A DNA stretch of 64,000 nucleotides from NCBI GenBank assembly GCA_036172245.1, contig JAYWIR010000042.1, positions 1,550,001 to 1,614,000 on the forward strand. The letters are read 5' to 3'. The notes below the pieces were generated by a model. The model was not told the DNA's origin, did not search any database, and worked only from the letters and a program-made list of their open reading frames with translations. The translations under genes and the position numbers were made by a program. The stretch's first letter is position 1; the number at the start of each line of letters is the position of its first letter. The DNA comes from Raillietiella orientalis (taxonomy: Eukaryota). Below, in pieces: positions 11,601 to 22,900 of this stretch.

Positions 11601-14600
11601 GAAAAGCATCTGGTAGCACGAGAGAGCGCGGGTGTTGAGCACCAGGGACACTGGCCAGGACAGCTGGTAGCTGAACGCCAGGGCCTCCCACCCAGGCAGC
11701 TCGAGGTTCTCCAGAGGCTGGAGACGCTCCTTCTCCTGGTTCGTCTGGATGCTAGCTATGCGCAGCATCTGGCTCTCCAGGTCGAAGGGGAGCAGGCAGA
11801 CACCCACTTCGTCCTTATAAGGGTCAGAGCTGGCAGCTGATGTCCGCTGCGCCAGCTCGAGGAGGGATGCCAGCCTGGGCTCGACAATATCGGCAACCTT
11901 CTGGTGTAGCTCCAGTTGGGCCAAGTCCATGAACTGCACCACCAGGTCTCCCTGAGCCAGCAGCAGGTAGCGGCGCACGGATCGGAGCTGTCCCAGTAGG
12001 TCCCGATCGGTAAGCAGCAGTTGTAGCAACGTGCGACTGGCGAACCGATAAGCCTCGTCTATGGCTGCAGCCGCGTGAGAATTATCGGCGGGAGAGGCGT
12101 AACGGAGCTCCTTCATTGCCTGTGGACACTCCACTGCCACGCCTGTTGCGCCACGACGGGCGTATGACGCAGGCTCGTCCTGACCGCGCGCAAATACTTG
12201 CCACACTGCCGCATGACATTCAAGTACTTTCCCGTGTGCAAAATTCTCTGGGCCTGGTTCCACAGGAACGCCGGAACCCTGTCCCGATGAAGACTGTAGC
12301 GCTTGGACCAGTAGTCATCGCTGTAGTATTGGCCCTGGTGCTTGCCCACAGCCGCCTCGTCTGTCCTGTTATCCTTGACCAGAAACTAGAAAGGGGGGAG
12401 AGGGGATGGTCGCACAGGAAGATCGTCTCCCTGCATCCTCTCTCTCACCTCACCATATGGGTCCCGGATGACACCTTGGTAGATCCAGTGCCGCAAGATC
12501 TGCATGTACGGTTTGCATGCAGACTGCAGCAGAAACTCGCATAGCTCCCGCTCCTGTGAGCTACCGGAGAACTGACAAGACTTCTCCTGCAGGAAGCTAA
12601 TAACCTGGCCTCCGAAGAAATCGTTCTGCGGGGAAAGGGGCGAGCATGCAGTTCGCGAACGCCCACTCCACGCAAGTGTCGCCTCACGTACCTTGTTGAT
12701 ATTCTCGACGATGATATTCAGAAGCATGAAAGTACGGAGCGTCGGCTGAAGATAGAACCAGAGACGCTGCAGGGTCAGTTGGCCCTGTGCGTACTTCATC
12801 TCCAGCTGGGCCACAAGTACCTGGGGGAAAGCGACGGGTAAACGATATGATGTCATCTTTCTCAAATTCATAGAGATGCAGGCAATAGACCACATCAGTT
12901 TGTGCACAAGAAGCGAATGATGACCTGGAAGAAGCGAGGGCCTCTCGGATCCCGCTTTTGCACACAGCAGCAGCAGCGAAAAGTGCCCGGCCCCAAAGTC
13001 CATCGCCACAGTGGGAGAAAAGAACTCACCAAGTAGTCCTTGAGCAAAATCCACATGGCCGCAGACAAAGCCTGGTTGACCTGACCTGACTGGAAGTGCG
13101 CCTTGTCCTCTACGAACCGGATGACCGTGGAATAACTTGAGCAGAGAGACTGGATACGTTTCACCTGCTCCTTTAGAGAAGGATCTGCGCGTCGCCATCC
13201 CCGCGGGCAACTGAGCAAGTTCTACGACGCCATTCCTGGACTCACCAAGCGTCTGGTCCACAGTGAAACTGCGCGGTGCGAGTTTGCCGTCCACGAGGTC
13301 CGGGTATACATAATCCCCTTCGACGCCAGTCAGCACATACAGGATGTCCTGCAGCAACGCATGTTCCTGCGAAGAGGGAGGGAGGCATCCTGAATGGGAG
13401 GTAGCGAACAAATGAACGTGAAGCCAGTTCCCGGAAACAGGGGAGATCACTCACCGAGGTCTCCAGAGAAGCGTTTCTCGCCACCAGGATGGTAGTCCCA
13501 ACTAAGGTGGAACCTTTCTGTGACCCAACTGGGGAAGCCGATACCAGGGGAGCAGCGGTCTTCCCGATGGAAGGACTGCCCTTCGAGTCCGGAGCGCTCC
13601 TTTTCCTGTTTGAGGCGGTCCCTTAGCTACACGGAAGCAGGCGCAGAGGTGAGAGTGGCTGCAGTAGAAACGTGTGCGTGTACCGACTTTGACGATAGCC
13701 TCCGGGGAAAGGAGGCTGCCTTCGGCGTCGTTCTCTGTTGCTATGCTCAGGCTCTTCTTTTTCTTGTCCACCCTATCCTTGGCATGCCTTTCCAAAGCAG
13801 CCCTGAAGTTCTTGTGCTTATGTATTTGCGCCAGAAGATAGACCACAGATTCCACATGCTTCGCTCTGAAGAGAGAACTCGTGAGAATGAAAGACGGACA
13901 AAGGGAAAGGTCCGTTTACGATGCTGCGCTACGAGCACACAGAGTAGCTCACGGCCTGTATGCCCGTAGCGTGAGCCCCAGAAGTAGAAATACCATCTGA
14001 AGGAAGAATGGAAACGAGAGCGCAAGGAAAACCTCGGTAAACAACAAAACAAAACCTCGAGCACCGGTTCGACTAAGAGTACAAGAGTTCACTTATCGCC
14101 GACTCACAACCAGAAAAACAGCATATTTCCGATAAGAATGCTTTTGTTGAAAGCCAGGAGAAGCACTGAACTTCATCGGCATCCTTCGGAAAGTGCTCAG
14201 TGCCTCACACGCGATTTCAAGCAGGTCCAGTGGAAAAGACATCATTTCATCCTGCCCTTTCTTTTCAAAACAAGTAATCGTCCCGTTTTCGGAGCGGAAA
14301 CAAGAAAAGGTGAGCTCTGGACGCCCTCTTCAGCAAGAATCTATACCGGCCAGAAAACTGGAAACCTAGCTCTGGTGTGAAGCACACTGTCTCTCATTGA
14401 TACTTGAGCGTAGAGATCGCTAGCCATTGGGAGTTTTCTGAAGGGCAAACGAACAGGTCGGGACGTGAGAACCAAACAGACCATCAGGCTCCCTAGTGGT
14501 TTAATTCAGAATTCGCTGCAACTATTGGTTCTCAAACAAAAAAAATGATCCAGGTATCCGTTGGCAACGAAAAACACGCTTGTTATTCTCATCGACTCTA

Positions 14601-17600
14601 AAATGTCTCCAAGCCACAGAAGCTGCAATATTTTTTACAAATCTTTGCTCCCTTAATCGAATAGCCCTTTGAAGTATTCAGTCAAGAGTGCCGATACCTT
14701 AACACTTCAGATCACACCCAAAAACACACACCTACTCAACGCACGGTTGTTTAAATAAACATTACAATGCCCTTGGGTGCTACTCGGGTTTTTTTGTACC
14801 GGTGCTCTCGATCATGGAAATGAAGCTTCCATATTGGGAGTCCAAAGTGCAAAGACCACTGGTAGCTCACTCTTGTTCTCCTGTTCGCTAGGTCAAGATT
14901 CCAACTAGCGACAGCGAATGCCCCGGTCTCCCTCCGACTCTCAACAGTTCTGATTCGACTCTGGAGATACCTGCAAACCAGAAACCGAGCTCGGCACCGA
15001 TGAATGTCAAACGCCTTGTGCTGCAGGGAGCATTCAAAAGTCCGTTTCATTAGCTCCGTACAAAATACTACAAATCAGTAGCTGTAGGTGAAACCGCTTA
15101 GAATCCCTTAGGGAAACCTTTATGGACACCGATTATGAAACTATCCTTTCTGGGCTTGCAACGATTCAGATGATCGGTAATATTAAACCGAATTGGAGGA
15201 AAGGGCATCCTATCTCCTGCCAAACTGGGGTGTTGAGATTATTTTCAAAACACCTGAACACCGAACAAAGCTCCTTGCACCACCAGTTTATTGAGCGATG
15301 CCTTACAAGACCATGCAATGGAAGAACCCCTCGGATTGCGTCACAACCGAGCGTCATACAATGTATTAAAAAGTATACGAATAAGATTTCTATTTGCCGG
15401 CCAAGTAGGGAGCCTAACAAAAAGCAAAAGACTAGTAGTCCACGGAGACCACACACCGCCGTGTGCAGTATCACTAATTTTATAACATTGCAATACTTTT
15501 TTTCCCATCCTTTCTCCATTCTCGAAATTTATTCAAAGCATTAAGGATAAGCAAAACCTTTCCGAAAATACTTCATAGCAGTTATTTGAACACGTGGAGC
15601 TCTCAAATTGGATCAAAATGTAGAGTGTCAGAAGCACCTCCTACCCGAACACGAAGCCACATAGCAACGCAAAAGACAATTGCTAATGACTTTCAACATG
15701 GTTCGAGAAGACACACAGGAAGTCCCTAAAACGGCGAAACTCTTGGAGAAAACATTCCTACAGTGAAGCATTCATACCACGAGCTCCTACCACGTTCATT
15801 TATGTGGGGGCCTTCAGTGTATGTCAAACTGCGCTTCACTATTTTGTTAACCACAAACGATGTCACCACATAAAGGATGCCAACTGCACAATCGTAAGCA
15901 TCAACCCCTTTCCCGAAAAAGGTGAAGGGATGCGATCCAAATGAGCAATGTTTTTGTACATGTCACAGCACAACAGTTGAAAATTTGTATTACAACTATG
16001 ACATCGCTGCATTCAAGGTCAATCGGAAGAATAACACAATAAAAATGAGAAGCATATAGTAACTACTGTAATTTACTTCACCGCGCTCCATGAAAAATGA
16101 AGATGACGCTTGGATTGCGGATAGCCAAGCGTTTATTCCTTGTTTACACACATTTGAGTTTATTCGTACTTCAACGCTCCTTACTGCGGGATACCCGGAA
16201 GAGCTGGTACTCGTTCTGGGGACAAAAGAGCATTCCGAATCACTACTCGATGATTTTCTATTGTGCACGACATGTGAGAGTAAACATGGAGTGAGTAGGC
16301 AAAAAGGTTGCCCTCTTTCGTCCCGCCTGAACAAAAAATCCGTCGGTGAACACTTCAGTGGGCTGTGGAGGTCTGCCTTTTCTCACGTGAATTAATCTGC
16401 CGCTGCACCGTGAACACTTTTTATTCCTTGCGACAGCCAAGACTCCCGAGTGTTTTTCAAAAATCAAGACAAACTCCTACAACTAGGGCTGCCCTGAATA
16501 AGATGTGCTCTGAATACCGGTTTACTACGGCGCCGATCCCATAAATACCGAAAGTGCTTTGATCTTCTATACCGAATCCTTATAGGGACAACCTCCTCTC
16601 ACCCGAAAACAGCCAGATTCTTCCCCAATCCTCCAAACGGAAATCAATGCACACATCACTTACGTTACGTGTAATCACTCGCAAGTGAACACCTATACAA
16701 CTCTTTACAAAACGTTTATTGATGCAAAAAATTTCTTAGAAATCCTTGGACAGCATCACACGTACAGATGCCATAGTGGCGTCAAGCCTTCTGCTGAACA
16801 TCGGCCTTTTTCGTGGCGACAGATAAAATTGGTAACCAACGAGCCTGACCACGATAACCCGTTACTTCCTGACATGCTCGCGGCACTTGCATTCAAGAGT
16901 GTCACTTACCCAGATAACTTCAGCTCTTCATATTTTCTGAGAAACTCGCGTGGTTCGGACACACCTTTGGTCACACATTTCAAGTATTTACTGCTGTCTA
17001 TTGGTGCTTGACACCTTGTTGATTTTCCCAAAAAGTCCAAGTATTTTTCCGAAACGGCATCTTGTTTTTGCCTGGAAACGTAAACGTTTGGTCAAGAAAC
17101 TCTTACAAATTTCAAATGCCGGACACGCTGCTGTCCTTGAACACTCGTTCGAACAAATGGCAAGAAACAGATCGACACGGCAGGTCAGATCAGGTGAGAC
17201 CTGACTTCACGATCAAAGCACGCAAAGAGCTTCTCCCTCGTGATAAGACAATGAGGATAATGTGTACGAACACGTGTAGCAACGATAGAACAGTTTTGCT
17301 TTCTTTACTGCTGAATTTACACGCGCAATAGACCATCATGCTGCTAACGTACGAAGTGAGAGATACAAAAAAAAAAAAAAATGAAACGATGAAACCACGA
17401 AAGCTTCTTGCACTTGAGAAATAAAAGGAAACACCCCTGAAGTTCCTCAAGGAAAGGAACCATTGCAAGACGGCAATCGACTGAGACAAAATGGATATGC
17501 GTGCCGTAGATACGTACACCGTACACCGAACCCAATGAAGGTTCAGCTTCAGCTATACTAAATTGTTCAAATGACAAATTTGCATCTGAGAATAAGGAAA

Positions 17601-19904
17601 CGCATCTGGAAGGGGGCATAAACCGTAAACGAAATTCCGCTTTCCCCGGAAGACCACACCACACACTTAGGGAAGAAAAATCCTGATGGTAAAGTGGTAA
17701 AATTGATGTAAGGTTGGCTCTGTCGATCCATACCCTTGAGAATCTAAACAAAGGATTGCCTGTCGACTTTGCAGAACCCAAGATCAATCTTAAAAACGCC
17801 GGAATTCTCATTCTCAAATAAAGGAGACTCACACATGACCGGCACCGTTGTGAAAACTGATTCATGCAAGCAGAACCTAGACAGTTGGAGAAGCCCATGT
17901 ATGCACGTACATAACGCTTGAAGCTCTGACTGGTACAGGTAACCCACGCAATTAATCTCTTATGAGTCATGAAGACAGCGCTTTCCTTCAACGAACAAAT
18001 GATTTCCTTATTACGGTTAAACAGACAATTGTCCATAAGCAACAACTGGGTCTATAATTTATTTCTCTGCATCTACGGTCGCACGATTCTGAACGCAACT
18101 CGATATGAATGCCACGGAAAAGTTTTCTGTTCGATGCAATGCCAAGGTGAAAATACGGAAGAGAACGGAGATTTCTGAGGAGGGGAGGATATTACTCGGG
18201 CTAAGAGGAAGTTCCAGAAGTTAACTTATTAGAATCAAAAAGCAACAAAGCCCAACTGCCATTACAAATTTAATATTTACACTACCATAACTCTCATTTC
18301 TGCGTTGTTTTCTTATTCGATTATTTCTGATTCGGACTTAGTCTGAAGATAGCAAAACTCAAAAAAAAAAAGAAAAACTAATATTAAGACCCTAGGAGAA
18401 AAACTGACTAGATTTCTTGATTGGGAGTTACAAATATGCAAAAACAAGATAGGAGTCCAATCAAATAGTATGAAAAGGTTGCAACCAAGAACTCATAATC
18501 CATACCCAAGTCAATGTGATAAGTGGTACTTTTTATTTTTTGGAAGAAAAAGCAAGTGACTGCCAATTTCAAAAGCATGAATCTTATAGAAAAAAGATGC
18601 AAAAAAATTTGCCCTATCATCAACAATGCTTTCTTGAATATGCTATCAAGTTCATCACACCTTAAAAGACAATACTGAACATACAGAATTTTAACACAAC
18701 ATTTAACTAATTTTTAAATAGTAGCCAAAATGATGAAAATTAAACATTATGTCCATTCCTCTTCAGGCAATGCAAATCCGATAAAAACGGACTTCAAGAT
18801 TACATATCCACTGAATGCAAGCAAATACACACAGAAGAAAAGAATCTATTTGATTTCAAAATGGAGCAATTCAGCACTAAAATAAAATTACTGTCCACAT
18901 CGTACAAATTTTAAAAGTCCCTTGAATATTTACATCACACTAAACCGCTGACATAATTTTATTCAATGCCTACACCATATATAATGTGATTATGATTAGC
19001 ACTTTGGCCAATGCAAGGCAATTTCAATACATTCAAGTTCCTGGAATAATCTTGAGAAATTATTAATGGTGAACAGAAAATGTTTGAGACACAGGACATG
19101 ATGTGGAACAAACCAATTGATTTTTTGAGGAAAATTGATGAATCTTGCTTTTCCTATTCACTCATAATGTTGGGACAGACCTCTAATGATGTCTAAATTA
19201 ACATGAATGTTGAACTAAATATAAAACTGAAACTAAATATTTAAAAACTTGCGGAAAAAATAATAACAATAATGATAGGAACAGTGGAATCACTGTAGAT
19301 TTATGATCAGCCAAAAGAATAATTAGAAACAATGTATTAAAAACGATTGATGGTGTCTGTTCTTTTAACACCCTTTCAATTCCTCGAATTAATTCAGCAA
19401 ATAAAACCAAATTGATAAACCAAAGAAAATATTAACAAAACATCTGAAAGGGCCGATTTTTTCTTTAAAGAGTTTAGTATGCTTGAAAAAGGCTTTCTCA
19501 GTCAAAAAAAATTTAAGATTTTTTACTTGTCAAATAATAGCAGATCACGGTCATTTATTTGCAATCTATGAAAGTAACTCAGGATGAAAGTAATCATCCT
19601 GAGTACCATCACAGTAAAACCGATCAGTAGAATAAATGCTTGAAACCATAACAATTCCAATCACAAAAACATATCATTTCACTTCATTAAAAGATACCAC
19701 TAAAAGTTATTCTTCTACATTTAGCTGATTCTCATATTTCCTGTAAGCTTGGCATTGTGATGGTAATCCAAGCAAATACAAAAATATACTTTCTAACATC
19801 CTGATAGTTAATTGTTAATTCAAAATGAATAATAACTAAAAACAAACTCACCCAAACAATTCTAATAAGGCACTTATCATGTGATGTTTTTCATATTCAC
19901 TCAT
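5622..19904 (-). CDS. TUBGCP2: Gamma-tubulin complex component 2 (GCP2/Spc97 family), 13 coding exons, ~843 aa
   Basis: Phase-consistent exons in transcription order: 19904-19852, 17071-16910, 13865-13688, 13626-13455, 13389-13246, 13184-13030, 12820-12692, 12625-12449, 12385-12202, 12142-11370, 7731-7588, 5926-5778, 5733-5622 (2532 nt). Family motifs: MSEYEKHHMISALL, EFLRKYEELK, WIYQGVIRDPYGEF, ILHTGKYLNVMRQCG, YQMLFRHLFYCKHVER, FLNTCLKDCMLT, RLDFNGYY. AATAAA on the minus strand at 5497-5502. Confidence 0.95.
6543..6930 (+). repeat. 388-bp direct repeat, copy 2, inside GCP2 intron 5927-7587
   Basis: Aligns to 644-1031 with 11 substitutions. Confidence 0.95.
8085..8090 (+). promoter_or_regulatory. 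Candidate Initiator (TCAGTT) for the nested TRPA gene
   Basis: Matches the arthropod Inr consensus TCAGTY, ~410 bp upstream of ATG 8502. Motif match only. Confidence 0.35.
8502..11297 (+). CDS. pain: TRPA-family ankyrin-repeat cation channel, Painless-like, uninterrupted CDS (931 aa)
   Basis: One continuous ORF with multiple ankyrin repeats (TPVHVA, GRTALHL, GCTPLHL, GNTPLHLAA), then TLEQFLDECI, HLLKHPVVTSFLYLKW, six hydrophobic segments, pore KTVVMMTGEFD and LMNLLTALAVSDT. The N-terminus DPKADLLEALERHDFAQF...TSLLERA recalls Painless. 8502 is the first in-frame ATG. Confidence 0.9.
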   Translation: MVRLERRGPPKPGRRQSCCLSDPKADLLEALERHDFAQFREILASNPDLNLNMPAGPHLSGTSLLERACRSGMAKEFAELLLLGGANPNIWNPVGKCTPVHVAVASARPEVLEVLLARGANPNVKNGFGRTALHLTAQYSGGGDPDRLKKMVQCAKVLLEHSRICIDLKDNKGCTPLHLCSLTGNRELARLLIKNGADPWVTSDSTGKTAEEMFLEKDPSWRSERSLLTKKDQQQERQNRLPESKTARLYEALQDRDLQRFNMFLNEGADVDEFHGSYNPLQYCSEHGLIEFAKRLLERGADPDIANRTTRWCPIHYAAENGDDDMLALLIDGGANVNAQDNLKDTALHKLLKKEPRHFPEDQQSHLWSLERILGAWNLNPNLQDHQGNTPLHLAAIGWPQDMVKRLLHLGAHMGLENRFGETAAESILPTTLEQFLDECIEYDSSAPTTGDDFAVTIHYRFLQPPILCDNGNGGKVKDHCKQRQPPLPETEPLRQMSRVKHHQHLLKHPVVTSFLYLKWRKVRMYFYLNCFFYTVFLTLLTAFFLMRTTTTMEEENDRAGNQLSSYLWYCVIFADVGLMLREIFQIFVSPVKYVFLIENLLEWGMIVGVFVVLCHPDQLFATWGRAVVLFLAWAELIMLFGRHPSLSLYVRMFSTVSLSFLKFTAWYSVLLLAFVFSFSLVFGAAGGQFSTVHGTFMKTVVMMTGEFDFGDVPLGGFPVVSHLLFLSFVFFVTIVLMNLLTALAVSDTRAIADKAEIFSYVGHVELISYIESILLGDPFRHLSRYLPFKWIPECTPCPAIRENFRPLFAYIDALGKGILLFPTHVPRYSIIVHPNLCRVTASGSTKRLSLGGDIMRAAKKVAETRNRRVRSASSEALHEEGLPRALEKLEDAIQEGVDRILQALSRSDDCALEVGAPSQQEEETRQPTSL
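19155..19203 (-). repeat. 49-bp copy of the GCP2 acceptor/5'UTR/start-codon segment (original at 19894-19942)
   Basis: 48/49 identity. The copy reads ATG AGT GAA TAG; the original reads ATG AGT GAA TAT GAA. Confidence 0.9.
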
Positions 19905-22900
19905 AATGTTGGGACAGACCTCTAATGGTGTCTAAATTAACACAAAGGTATTTAAAACATTCTCTCAACATAAAACTCACAGCGTACAAAAAATGAACAT
20001 GCTTTCACCCTACACATTTATATGCAATAATCTGAATCAGGGAATAAAGAAAGACAAAAAAAGATATCTTACTTATTTTGCAACTTAATTTGCAGGTTAG
20101 CAATTCTGTTGAATCATAACAAACATTCAGCTACAGAATGCCTGTTCAACTAATGATTGAATACTAAGCCACCTGAAACTAATCTAAATAGCATAAAATT
20201 CTTATGAAATAAGATTTTCTGGAGTCTCAATTCCCATTGACCATGGAAATGAAAAATTCAAAAAGCTGCTGCATACTGATGAAAATAATTCATATGAGAA
20301 GCAGTCAATGCAATATGATTCCTAAAAACGGAAAATATTAAAAAAAAAATGTACAAACAAAGTACCCACAGTTATTATAGTACAAAGACTGTGATCATAA
20401 TAGTCACTTCAAATTGAAAGAGCTGTGATGACAAAATTAAAAACATGTAATTTGTTCTGAATTCAAGACTGCTTACGACGGGAGCACATATATATCGAGA
20501 TAATGCCAACTAAGTCCTAATCATGTGACTTTGTTTGTATTCAAATATGACTTCATTAATACCGGTCTTTATTCGCAGGTACTCCCGTTCTGTCATTAGT
20601 CTGTGTTTGGAATTCGGATAAATGGTAGAAACCGTTAAAGTTCACTAAGGCTAATAAAGAGGCTAATGTCATAACTAATGAAGGAACGAAAATTTCGGGG
20701 AATTGGCAACAACATGCAATCCTGATACACGAAATTCCAAAGAGAAACAGCACAATGCAGCATACGAATAATGCTTTGAATGCTTTCCAAACAAATTCTA
20801 AGGACTAGACGCTTCTACTTATTGCAAAAGCGAAATGACTAACGAAATTCTAATTCATTAAGAATACGTAAAAACTTATTTGCTTTCGTTGAAATTACTT
20901 TGTGCACCTTGTGTTACTTTAAAACCACTCTTACTCGATGGCAAACACGGGAATTGGTAATCAAAAGCAGCGGCAGCAGCATGTAAAACAGTTATGCCAA
21001 CAACGTGAAAATTGGAATCATCTAACAATTTGCTAATGAAGCTCCAGCTTTAATAGAGCATTTCCTGACAAGATGTTTTCGATACTTTTCTAACTATTAC
21101 TAGTATTGCCATTTCAAATAATGAACAACAGTGTTGCATCTTCCAGTCATGAGTAAATAAGCCAGTATGGCACTAAAAAATGTTATTTTCATCTGTTGAA
21201 AATAACAAATTTTCAGTATCTGTCATTTGCAGTAATACATTCATTGATTGAGCATATTCTATGAAAGCTATTTAAAACCATTTGAAGAAGAATGGTAGAT
21301 ACTTTCTTACATGATTACTTCAAAATTTTTGAAACCTACACAACGCATGTCTTATGAGGAATTCAAATTAAAAGAAACGAATACATTGATTGGAACAATA
21401 TGTTCTGTACGTAATGAGAAATATCAGAACACGGAAATATCGAATCGCAGCAGAAATAACTGATTACATCCATTCAAATGTAGGTGTGTGTCAATGCATA
21501 CGATACTCTCGAGGAAAGATTCACAAGAAATTCCTCAAATAGCAATACTGGACAACGGAAAAACACAATTGTGATAATTCTTTCTTCTAAATGGAGAAAT
21601 ATGATCCAAATCCACTTTCTCACAATAAGAACAACGGCTCTATAATGTCTAACTCTCGACTTTCCTACTATAATGTTGTGAACACATCTCGTTTTTGAGG
21701 GTGATTCACCCAATCAAAACGAAGTCTATGAACTGCAGAAGTTATTTTCTCAGAGTTGTTTTTCTTTTCCCTTTTTTTCAAGTAACACAGTGGATATTGG
21801 ATTGGTGTGAATTTGATGACAAAACTCTCGAGAGAATTCTGTTTCATTGAACACACAAATTGATGATGGCCTCACATGTGCTTTTCAATGGTTTTAAAAG
21901 TCGATGGAGATAGTGGGGGTAATGTAGATTTAGTTAACAGATTTAATAATGTAGATTTGTTATTTATGGCAACATGATTAGTGATCAAATGCATGGAGTC
22001 ATAAACTCACACTATTCTGGTTATTTCAGCGGAAAACCTAAGTGAATAAGTGTCTGATGACTTTGGAAACATGAAAAAGAAAAGAGGTGCATGTGAAATA
22101 TCTCTCTTTGATTTGAGTGGGATGGTAGAAGTCATGTTTATTTTTGCAATAGCGGGTTATTTGAACATGATTTTGATTCAGAACGATAAAGCCGTACATT
22201 GAAAATGACTTGTTAAATCGAGAAAGACACATTAGAACTCACGTATCTGTTTACTACATGCATTAGACACTTTGTTGTGAGTAAATAAGAAAATGTTTCC
22301 TATTATTATATATGCTATTACTATTACTACTTGTTGCAGTCTAGAATACAAGTAGTGGTTGCTGGCGTAATCTACGAATACCAAAAGTTCGTAATGGAAT
22401 CCTTTCTGGCAAAGCCTACTTTATTTTACAAACTTAGATATCTCTGCCACATGCTGAGATGCGAGCATGCAAGCAAGGGATGCTGTTCCATGAAGTTCTA
22501 TCATTCCTTCCTCTCTTTTTCTCTCTCCGGATCTCATTAATATTCACAGAAACCTCTTCATTCTTGGTATGCGTACTTCTTGGAACCAGCTGACAGCAAT
22601 TCATCAAGCATCCATCGTGTGGTGAGGCTACATTCACATGTGGTCATCTTGCAAAAACCTTTTGGCGTTTTGGAATATTCATTCCCGCGGTATGAAGGTG
22701 CAGAGCTAAGATACGATAATAAAGCGATGCCACGAAGTTCTAAAGTTCATGTTTATCCAGCAAAGAAGACTATGTTCAAACTTCAGCCATGGAAATTTTC
22801 CAGATGACTAGGTATTTGGGACTGACACAAAAGAATTCGACAGTCACCGGGCACAGAACATTCTTATCACTTATTATAAGGATTGCTAGGCATTGCTTTC

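Noticed and set aside
20620..20645. VNFNGFY peptide resembling the GCP2 C-terminal LDFNGFY motif
   Set aside because: It lies upstream of the GCP2 start, and the real terminal exon (RLDFNGYY) is at 5733-5622. Treated as coincidence.
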